The notes under the pieces were generated by a model, which was given only the letters and a program-made list of their open reading frames with translations, did no database searches and had not been told where the DNA came from. 64,000 nucleotides of DNA from Zootoca vivipara (taxonomy: Eukaryota). The DNA lies in the NCBI RefSeq assembly GCF_963506605.1, contig NC_083289.1, forward strand, positions 54,126,001 through 54,190,000. The letters are read 5' to 3'. Position 1 is the stretch's first letter; each line of letters begins with the position of its first letter. The translations under genes and the position numbers were made by a program. Shown in pieces: positions 11,001 to 20,900 of the stretch.

Positions 11001-13399
11001 AGCAGTTTGGCTTGGCTGCAGGAGTGCAGAGGCTCACGCGGGCCACTCACGGGGAAGAATCCGACCACCGCCACCACGTTGGCATCCAGGAAAGCAGCCG
11101 CCTGGCTGACATTCTCCAGCAGCACCGCACTGGGCCCAGCTTTCCGTTTCAGCCACTTCACGATTCCCTCGGCGTCTCGCTGGCCTGGCAAACAGGCGGC
11201 AAAAGTGTGAGTTGTGGGGCCACGCCACCTGCTGGACCAGGCGCTGCGTTAAGAATGGCACCACTCCTCTCTCTCGCAGGGGCTCATGGCGGCTGAGGTT
11301 CAGATGAGAATAAGCCCCTGGTGTGATGCCCGGGAAATCTAGGCGAGGAGCTGAAGCGAAGAGCTCTTGTTGCTTCCTCTGAGGTGAAGCCCTCATGTCA
11401 GGGAATGGCCTGGACCTGAAGATTGGGGGACGCAGTCGCAGGCAGATCAGCTCCTCTCAGAAGAGGAGGGAGAATACCCCCCCCCGGCTGCCTCCAGCGT
11501 AGAAGCAGAGAGAGAGGCAGAAAGAAACGTAGAAGCTGAACAGATTAGGGAGGAGTAGCTACGAACATGAGTCTGACCAAACTGCGGGAGGCGGTGCAAG
11601 ACAGGAGTGCCTGCTGTGCTCTGGTCTGGCCCATGGGGTCATGAAGAGTCGGACACGACTAAACGACTAAACAACAACAACAACCCAGCTACGAGAGAAT
11701 GACAAGAGATCTGGAAGGGAAGGGGCAGCTGGGAGACACATCAATTGAAAGTGTGTGTGGGGAAACCCCCTCCCTGACTCAGAGGTCCAAACAGATCAGA
11801 GAACAAAGGAGACTGAGAGGGGGAGGGACTTCCCATTGGTGTACTCCTTGCTGCGGAAGTCGGGCGTTGGAAGTCAGATTCAGAATAGGCAACTGATCTC
11901 CTTGCAGAGGGTTGTCTGTGTGTGCTTGCAACACGATGCTGTAATAAAGGACTATAAATCTATCAACTGCTCGTTGATTGTTATCTGTGAGCTACTGGAG
12001 GGAGAGGGGAACTCCCACGCTTGGCATCTCATGCCCAAAGAGCCACAGGACAAGAACCAAGGGAGACCCGAGCTGCTGCTGGATCAGGCCAAAGTCTAGT
12101 CTAGTCTAGCGTCTTGTTCTCAAAGGGCCAATGGGATGCCCCCAAAGGGACCTAAGGGCCACACCAATGCTTCCTTCCGGCCAATGGGTATTCAGAGACA
12201 CCAGGGTGGCGGAGAACACCATGCAAAACCACTGCCTCTTCTGACCTGTGAAGTCTGCCGGGTGAGTGCGGTTGCCATCTCTGAACAGCTTGAGGACGGG
12301 GAACCTGCTGACTCCGAACTCCGCGCTCAGCTCCTTCTCCTGCTCCCCGTCCACCTTGGCCAGCCTCAGCGCAGAGCCCTCCTCCTTCAGCAGGGCAGCG
12401 GCCTTGGCATACTCCGGGGCCAGAGCCTGGCAGTGCCCGCTCCAGGGGGCATCTGGGAGGGAAAAGGAGGAGGGGCGAAGCGTCAACCCCGCAGGCAACA
12501 AATAGCAGTGTGGAGCTGTGTAAGGACATCCGAGGAGCCTGCTGGATCGGGTCCAGCATCCTGTTCTCACAGTGGCCAGCCAGCAGCCCCACAGAGAAGC
12601 CCACAAGCGAGACCTGGGTGCGAGAGCTACTCTCCCCTCCTGCGGTTTCTGGCAACTGGCCTTGGGAAGCATTTGCTGTCTCTGACTGTGGGGCCAGAGC
12701 AACCCCATTGTGGTGGTGTGTGTGTGTGGGGGGGGTACATGCACCCCGGTGGGTGTCAGGAGCCACAGGCACAGCAGGAGGAGTGTGTGGTTCTTTGAGC
12801 TGCCCTCCCTCCTGTCCCATGGGGCAGGCTCTGTGGGCCTGGCATGCCATGTTTCCTCTCCCAAGAGGCTGCTGATAGCTGCTTCTGCTTAATCTCATCT
12901 CCTTTTTCGCCTTCCAGCGCATAGAACAGAGGCAGCTCTCTTGCTTGGTGGGGGTGATGGTGGTGGTGGGGGGGCTGGAAGGAGAGACAAGAGCTCCAAG
13001 AAGGGCACCCTTGCCAGAGGGGATGTCTCTTAACAGGGTCCGCCGTGCTCCCTCCCCTAAGCAACCAAGCAGCCACCCTCTGAAGGGGGCACTCTAGTTT
13101 TCCCCACCTGCCCCCTCCCAGCGCCTGCTGCTTTTCGCCTGGGGGTGCAGGCCAGGGGAGTCCCTGGTGGTGCCCTGTTCAAGTCCCCCCCCCAGCAGCT
13201 GCTACTCACAGAACTCCACCAGGAGCAGTTTGTGCTTCTGCAGGGCTTGTGCAAAGTTGCTCTGGTTGAGCACCAAGACCCCCTCGTCCTCCCGTTCCTC
13301 CTCTTCCTCTGCCTGGTTCCTGCCCTCCTGAGCCCCCAAAGGCTGCACTAAAGCCACCGCCAGCCCCACGGCCAGCAGGAGTCTCGGGAGGCAGCCCAT
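4166..13399 (-). CDS. PDIA2: Protein disulfide-isomerase A2 (PDIp), 11 coding exons, 527 aa, non-canonical active sites
   Basis: Exons (minus): 13210-13399, 12246-12452, 11051-11184, 10535-10675, 9672-9788, 8016-8141, 7641-7838, 5923-6043, 4606-4787, 4331-4420, 4166-4243; total 1584 nt, open frame, all GT-AG. Signal peptide [23 protein letters not shown], a-b-b'-a' thioredoxin folds, [26 protein letters not shown] typical of PDIA2, C-terminal RDEL. Tail-to-tail with AXIN1 as in human. Confidence 0.95.
4843..4950 (+). mobile_element. Bov-B/RTE LINE 3' end fragment
   Basis: ...gagtcggacacgactaaacgactaaacaacaacaac tail typical of squamate Bov-B; a second copy lies at about 11565-11683. Confidence 0.75.
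5043..5095. repeat. (AAT)n microsatellite (LINE tail)
   Basis: Read directly; similar tracts at 29897-29946, 31444-31487 and 52628-52713. Confidence 0.95.
5651..5735 (+). mobile_element. tRNA-derived SINE head (tRNA-Lys-like)
   Basis: agctcagtcagtagagcgtgagact...ggcttcgagtccc has A/B-box-like motifs and runs on into a non-tRNA tail. A related antisense copy lies at about 37690-37770. Confidence 0.6.
6110..6720 (-). mobile_element. Degraded L1/Tx1-like LINE 3' fragment
   Basis: AT-rich block with poly-T head on plus. The minus translation [23 protein letters not shown] resembles an L1 ORF2 C-terminus. Confidence 0.55.
8515..9470. mobile_element. Probable inserted element (LTR-like), family not identified
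   Basis: Composition shift inside PDIA2 intron 5, internal AATAAA near 9386, flanked by direct repeat ACGGTG (8509-8514, 9471-9476). Confidence 0.35.
9797..9844. repeat. (GAAT)12 microsatellite
   Basis: Read directly. Confidence 0.95.
11322..12031 (+). mobile_element. Possible solo LTR with nested Bov-B fragment
   Basis: Termini TGTGATGCC...GGCATCTCA (TG..CA, imperfect inverted), internal AATAAA near 11943; no clean target-site duplication seen. Confidence 0.35.
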
Positions 13400-13459
13400 A
13401 GTGGCCTGGAGGAGAGAGAGAGGCAGCAGAGTGGCGGAGCCAGGAGATGCCAGGCAGGG

Positions 13460-13690
13460 AAGGGGGCAGATAACGCTCCGGGGGCAAGCCTTTCCGTGAC
13501 GTGGAGCCAGAGTTTGCCCCACGTGGCCCTTCCCCACTGGCTGCCCGATAAGAGCTGCTGGGGAGGGGGTGCTGAACCCAAGGCAAACTGCTCTGGAAGC
13601 TCGGCAAACACCATCTTGGAAGTCAAGATAACCCCACCATTAATTGGAGCAATGAACTTATTTATACTCACTTGCTTTGATAGAAGCTAA
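13460..13690 (-). promoter_or_regulatory. Putative PDIA2 proximal promoter
   Basis: TATAAAT on the minus strand at about 13660-13666, TGACGTGG (UPRE-like) 13497-13504, CCACGTGG 13519-13526, GATA-like sites near 13468, 13546, 13626 and 13678. Confidence 0.45.
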
Positions 13691-14989
13691 TTGGCCAACT
13701 TTGATGGCATCCGTGCTTTTTTTCTGGGGGTACTGGAGGGTACGCAGCACTGGCACCTTTTCCCCCTAGAAGAAAAGTGCTGGTTGCCAAGCAGGGCGAG
13801 ATTGCAGGATTGGGTTCCCTTGGAATGAAGGACAGCAGAGACTGTGGTGTTTGTAGGATCGATGGTTTATTTACATGCCTACAGCCTGAGCCAAAGATGG
13901 AGGATCTCGCAGCACTGACACCCCAAAAGGCCTTTCTTCTCTCATTGTGACAGCCTTGGAATCACCCCTAGATCAAGCCTGGCTTCTCAGCCTGCAGCCT
14001 CCACTCAGCTCAGCTCTCACCCCACCCCACTGGCCATTGTCCTTCCACACCCCAGCCGGGCGGGGCACCCGCAGTCAGTCATTGCCTTGGCAATCCGGAC
14101 ACTGGTGGTCCTTGGTGTGAATTTCCTGGACATACCCAGAATACTGCAGTGGGAAGCAGCGTTCAGCAAAATGTCCAGGAAAATCCAGGTGTGTGGCCAG
14201 CCATGTTAACAGTGCCATTTTGGCATACATGTCTTTATGTCTTTTCTGCGATTTTGCCCAAAAAGATCAACAACTTTGGGCAAAAAGAAAAGAAAAGCCA
14301 AACAACTTTTGTTTCAGGATTTTCACCTTCTGAAATCCGGCAGCGCTAGTCCTTGGCCAACACCTATTTAGTTGGTCTCTAAGCTGCAACCCCAGAGACG
14401 GTCACGACTGGACCTAATGGCCAGGGGTCCCTTTACCCTTTACCTTTTAGGTGCCGCTGGACAATTTTTTTATTTTTTTTTGACCCATTGGCTGGGCAAA
14501 GAGATGCTGGTGGAGGGGCTTAAATGACAAGCCATTCACTTGCAACTGTCCAATTAGCAATGGCTTCTCTCACCAGCTATTAACCCTTCCTGGACTCAGG
14601 ACTCCGAGGGGCTCCAGACCCCCTGCAGACTGACCCTGCTCCCAAATCACAACACTATTCATGATGTTGTTTAATTGCTGTAACCTCCCTAATCCCTGGG
14701 ACTTTAGAGTAAAGGGAAGAGTAATAGCAATAAGCAATAGCAGGCCATCTCTAGAAGGTCTCTCCTTGCTTGGCCAGACCTCCTGTGCTCAGCAACCCAG
14801 AGGGGGGCTCCCCAAGCAGGAGCAGCGGCCCCACATGGGGCTCTTGTCTGGGGTCCTGGCCAGCTACCCCTTGCCCTTCCTCACTTGGTCTTGGCCGGAC
14901 GCAGCGCCATTCCATGGAATGTCCGCTCTGCTCCAGGCATTGTTTGAATTCCTCCCCAACGGCTGCTGCCCAGGCAGAGTGGCACGACC

Positions 14990-17900
14990 ATGGGGCTCAG
15001 CGGTGAGGGAGGCTTGGTGGGGTGGGTGTGTTGGAAATGGGAACCAGGGCACAGAGTGGGGGGCTTCTTCCCTGAGCAGGGGGAGCAAAAGAAACTGAGG
15101 AACATAGTTCTTCCTCCAAGAAGCAGTGGCGTGTGTGTGTTTCTCAAGTGCTCACCCCCCCCCAGTGTAGGAGCCAACTCCTATTGGCTGAGGTCCCTTT
15201 GGCCTCCGCAATAAAATATTTGAGGGGGCCAGGAACACCCCCCCCAATTGATGGGTATTGCCATTCAAATGGTGGGCATGCACTGCATCTTGTGATTGAT
15301 TATATGGGATAGGGCTTATTCCCCCCCCCCATATTTTATTCAGCTTTGCACCCCAACCAGCATCAAGCTAACTGCACGTTGTATTAACCCTTTCCCCACA
15401 GAGAGTAGAGGTTTGGGGCCTGGTGAAGCCCCTTCTGAAAGACAGGTAAGGAATGCTGGTGGGCAGAGACCCCCTTGGGGTCCCTGATGGGGGGGACTGG
15501 CTTCTTTCCTCCCTCCCCACATTGCTGAGCAAGAGGGGAGCCTCCATCTCCCTGACCCTTGGCCGTCTGCTCCATTGCCCAGCAAAGCAGATTCTCCAGG
15601 TCTCTGGCCTTGGCCCTCTGTGAGGAGTAGAAGGGGGTCCCGCAGACTCCCTTGGGCTCGGCCACTCACAGCCAGGATGGCCCGTTTGTGGGGAGGGCCA
15701 GGGCAGGGGGGCAGAGGCTGCTTGGAGGCCAATTGCTTTGGGCTTCCTGCCTGCAGGTGGATGAGGAGGGCGAGGCGGCAGCCGCAGACCCCCCTTTGCA
15801 CATGGAGGCCAGGAAGGGCCACTGCGACACAGCCCGCCAACTCCTTGCCCAGGACCCAGAGGCCCTCAACAGCCAGGTAGGACAGCCAGCGGCTGCAGAG
15901 GATGGGTTGGGGGGCCCACCTGCCCCCTGGACCCCCTTCCCTTGGTGGGAGATGACTCCTTGCCCCCCTCCAAGGCCCCGCGTCTGCACAAGGCCCACCC
16001 CACGCTTGCTCTCTCCAGGATGCCAGTGGCAGGACGCCCCTTTTCTGGGCCACGGAGTACAGACACGAGAGCCTGGTGGAGTTCCTGCTGGCCCGTGGAG
16101 CAGATCCAGCCGTGCGGGATCACGTGAGGAATTGGCCCTCCGATTGCGCTGCGAGGCTGGACACCTGGGGGTGGGGAGGAATGAATTGGGGTGGGGGTAT
16201 TCACTCCCTATTGCCCACCCAGCCAGATGACCAGTTGGGAGCAGTGATGCACCTCAAGCTTAAACTGTTATGGGGCCCCCTTCACAACCAGAAAGAGGTC
16301 TGTGAGAAAGGGGGGGGTGTTACATGAGCCACAGCAGAGCAGACAACTTTCCCCTCCCTTCCTTCCTTCCTTCCTTCCTTCCTTCCTTCCTTCCTTCCTT
16401 CCTTCCTTCCTTCCTTCCTTCCTTCCTTCCTTCCTTCCTTTACAACATCTGCACTACTTACTCTCAAACTTTGTGTTGATTGATATATACACCACAAAAA
16501 TAATCAATTTGAGTCAAAGCAATTGGCCTCCATCATGTGACTCAAATGGTGTCCCCCAAATTAAAGTATGTGGATTAAAGTGGCTTCTCGGGCCCCTGTG
16601 GAATGAGGGGCCCATAAACTGAAGCTTCGTTCATTTCTTAGTAGATCTGGCCCAGCTGGTAGGAAGAGGGCAGAGCTGAGTGGGGAATCTCCAAAGTGGG
16701 CTGGGCTGCCAGTGTGGAGAAGCAGCTCTCCCAGGCACAAGTTCCCTGCTGGCATACTGCCACATGGTGCCACGGCACTGGAGAGGGTGGGCTCTGCCAG
16801 CCAGGGAGGAAGCCGGAGGCACCTTGTGGGGCTGACCGAGGAGACGCTGTGTGTGACTGTGTGTTGCAACCAGAGGCAGGCAGGGAGGCTGCAAGGGAAG
16901 GCTGCTGCTCACTTGGGGATCCTGGGGGCAGCAGGCCGTGGGGCCCCTGGGGTCCACAGACTGCAGAGTCACACAACCCCTCAAGGGTGGCCTGGGAGGT
17001 CCTTGGTCGAGGGCCCCCCTTCTCCCCCAGCTCAGCTCAACCCCTTCTCTCTGCTGCCCACCCCCCTTCCCTCCTTAGGAAGGGAACCTCTGTCTGCACT
17101 GGGCGGTGTATGTGGGCAGCCCCTCCATCGCCAGAATGCTGCTGGATGCCGGGTCCGATGTGGATGCGCTGAATGGCCAAGGCGACTCTCCCCTGCACCT
17201 GGCGGCCCAGGAGAGGCGCTATGAATGTCTCGTGTGAGTGAGGGTCTCATGTGGGAATGTTGTGGATAATAGGAGAGGATCTATTGATTAAATATTATCC
17301 TTCCTCACCCACGCTATTACATTCCCCTGTATATTGCAGGAAGCTAGTTGGTAGATTCGTTACGACTCTCTTGAGTTAAGCAATCCAGTTTGGCTTGTCC
17401 AGATTGGATTATTCCTGGTCAATTCCCCTTTAAAAAGAATAAAGACACAACAGTCTTCTCTTAAAAGTAAGAAGTTTACTTACATTCCGTTCACAGTATG
17501 ATCCTGAAGGCAGCCTTTAGCTTGTAGTTACAGAAGAGAGTGTGGGTTCATCCCATATGGGGATTGAGCCCATGTGCTGCTGGCTGAGAGCCAGCAGACA
17601 GCAAAAGGCATCAAGAGCAACAAGAGAAAGATGGCTGCATGCCAGGTCACGCCCACCTACCTGGTTACATGCAGGGGGAGGATGCTCCAGACAGGTGGGA
17701 GTGCGTGTCCACTCTGGGCAAACAGGAAATGTGGTACAGCATTTGACTGCTCCAGTGGTGTCCCATCCCGCAGCCCAGTGGTCCTAGCCAGGCCCAGAGC
17801 TTGGCTGCGGCGGCGAAGCAGCCATCGCCCAAAAGCTCCCTTGTGCCCTTGGCAAGGAGATGATAGGTCAGCCCCCGCCTCTCCCTTGGCCTGGCTGTGC

Positions 17901-20900
17901 AGGCTGGGATATTTCAAGAGCTGTGCAGACCAGACGCTCACTCTTTGCTAGGCAGGCACATGAGAGGCGCTGAAGCTCTAACCAGTGATCCTCAACCTTG
18001 GGCCTCCAGATGTTTTTGACCTACAACTCCCATGATCCCTAGCTAGCAGGACCAGTGGTCAGGGATGATGGGAATTGTAGTCTCAAAACATCTGGAGGCC
18101 CAAGGTTGAGGACCACTGCTCTAGTCTGCTGGAGAGGGCTCTGCAGTGAGAGATGCTCCCGCTATGCCCTGAGAGCGGGGGGGGGGGGGCCCAGCTACGT
18201 CTTCCTCTCTTTTCCGTCACTTCCCACCCAGACAGAACTGTGAGAGCATCATTCTGCTGAGTCTGACGCTCCACCTTAAAGCATCCTGGATTCCTCCATC
18301 AAAAAGGCTCAAACCAGCCGATCTAAGCTTTCCTTTTAAGCTGCAAAGGAAGGACACTCTGCTGAACTCACAAACCGCGAGGCAGGAAGGATAATATCTA
18401 AGCAATATATCCTCTCTCAGCATCTATTCTCATCCCAAGAGAGAGCAGTGGAGGAGCCCAGAGGCCGGCAGGCGAGCTCCTAGCCGCTCTGAGCCAGATG
18501 GGAAGGATTTTTTTTGGGGGGGGGTCACCCTCGCCTAAGGTTGCCAGATTTTTTCCAATGAATCCAGGGACACTTCATTGAAATGAGTTGGAATGATAGG
18601 ATTTTGTCAGGGGACTGATTTGTAAATCTGGGGACTGTCCCCGGGAAACGGGGACTTCTGGTAACCTTAACCTAGCTGACCCCCCAGGGAGTCAGGAGTT
18701 GCAACAGGAGAGGAGGGAGGTCTTGGGGGGGGGGGAGAGCTTGGCTAGAGGAGAAGGCAGCAGGAGGCTTCCGGGGGGGGGTGTTGTGTGGATGAAGAGC
18801 AAAGAAATGACCCCCCCGAGGTTCCCCCTGGGGCTCCTGTCGGGGTAGATAGGGCCTCCCCCAGCCCTTCTTAGTACTTCTGACTGGAGGACTTGGGGGC
18901 TGCCCCTCTTTGTGTCCCACAGCCTGCTTCTTGCCCATGGAGCCAAAGTCTCCCTGAAGAACAGAGCTGGCCAAGTGGCCCTGCAGTGCTCCAAGCCCAG
19001 CTCCCCTTCCTGGCGGGCCCTGGAGGCGGCCTCGGCACGGCCCCCCCACCCGACGGAGAGGCTCCTCTGCAGGTGAGCGGGACCCTGGGGTGGCCGGTCT
19101 AAGGTGGGACCCCCTCCCTTCGACTGGGCTGCAGCTGTGGCTCAACGGCCGCTCCTGTCATCCCCAGAGACATCTCCCGGGGCTTTGAGCAAGTCCCCAT
19201 CCCTTGCGTCAACGGGGTGGACGAGGAGCCGGCCCCCGGAGGCTTCCTCTATGTCACGCAGAACTTTGTGTCGGACTCTGTGGTGCTCCCAGGGACGGGC
19301 TGCGGCAGAAGTCAGGTGAGGGGCATTTCCCACCCACTCCTCTTCTGTGCCCCAGGGTGAATCGGAGGGGCTGGAGTTGCCCCACCATCCATCCAGATGC
19401 CCCACAACTCTGGGGCATCTTCTGAGCAGCCCCTCCAAACCAGAGACATTTCGCAGGCCTGATCCCCACCTGCATTTTGACCATTCAGGCCTCCCTGTGC
19501 TGTTTGAAAGCATCCTTTGCCAACCTGGCGCTCTCCCAAACCCAACAAAGAGCATGTTTTGGATGATCTGGGGCTGACAGAGTCTGTCCTCAGAACCCCC
19601 TGGAGGGCGGCTGGTTGGCGAATGCTGCACCGGGAGCCTGGAGGATACCCAAACCAGGTGGCTTGGGAGGGAGGATCTGGCGGGCCTCTGCCTGGGCTGG
19701 CTCCCTGCAGAGGACTGCAAAAGCAAAATAGCAATCAATCAATCAAATAATAATAATAATAAATTAGGCGTCTGCCAAGCTGTGGCTGCAGAGTGTCTGA
19801 GCATGACCCCTGAACCGCCTTCCCTGGGGCCTGACTGCCTTGCCTTCTTTCAGCACTGCGAGTGTGCCAGTTCCTGCTCTGCGCCCACCTGCCCGTGTGT
19901 CGCGCGCGGCCTGCGCTCCTGGTACACTCCGGTGAGAACCGCTCCTGCCCTTCCTGGGGTCAGGCGGGGAGGTCAGCTGGAGCCACTGAGGGCCAGCCGC
20001 CCCTTTCTCTCCTCTCGTGGTCCAGGATGGCCGGCTGGCACCAGACGCGGCCGGCAGTACAGCCGAGGGGGGCCCCATCTACGAGTGCCACATGCTCTGC
20101 TCTTGCGCCAGCTCCTGCCCCAACCGGGTGGTGCAGAGGGGCCTCAGGTGAGCCCCCGTTCCCTGGGCCAGGGCCTGCGGGCTCCCCGGCCTCCTCAATT
20201 TAGAGCTGCCCCACAGCAGAAGTACTTCAGGAAGGCAGTGGGGTGTAGTGGTGAGAATGTCAGACGAAGACCTGGGGGATCAGGGTTCGAATCCCCACTT
20301 TGTCATGAAGCTCACTGGGTGACCTTGGAGTCAGTCTCAGCCTCTTAGCCTACCTCGCAGGGTCGTCGTAGGGATCAGCTGAGGTGGGGGATGGACCATG
20401 AACTCCTTGGAGAAAAAGGTGGGAGACAAATGCAATGAATAAGCTCAGGCACAGGCAAACTTGGCCCTCCAGATGTTATGGGACTACAATTCCCATCATC
20501 CCTGACCACTGGTCCTGTTAGCTAGGGATGATGGGAGTTGTAGTCCCATTACATCTGCAGGGCCAAGTTTGCCCTATGCCTGAATAGGCTCTTCTGCTGA
20601 CTTGCTTAAGAAAGCTGGAGGGGCCAGCCAGGTGGGCATGTCAGCAACACCAACCTGGTGCCCAGAGATCTCCGTGAGGTCGCAATTGGCACCCGTGCAC
20701 GTCGTGAAATGGGTCAGGTGCCTGGCTCATTTCTACCACTGGTAGGAGCAACCACCAGCCTGGGTCAGATGCCTTGGCACCCTCTTAGAATCCTAGAGTT
20801 GGAAGAGACCCCAAGGGCCATCCAGTCCAACCCCCTGCCAAGCAGGAAACACCATCAAATATGGCTGTCAAGCCTCCGCTTAAAGACCTCCAAAGAAGGA

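Noticed and set aside
4166-13399. Calling the PDI gene PDILT, or a pseudogene, because of its active sites
   Set aside because: Sequence motifs, length and AXIN1 adjacency fit PDIA2; the frame, splice sites, signal peptide and RDEL are all intact.
19041-19050. Apparent frameshift at the poly-C run of the EHMT-like exon
   Set aside because: Recounting gives seven Cs, read CCC CCC CAC in frame to TERLLCR; there is no frameshift.
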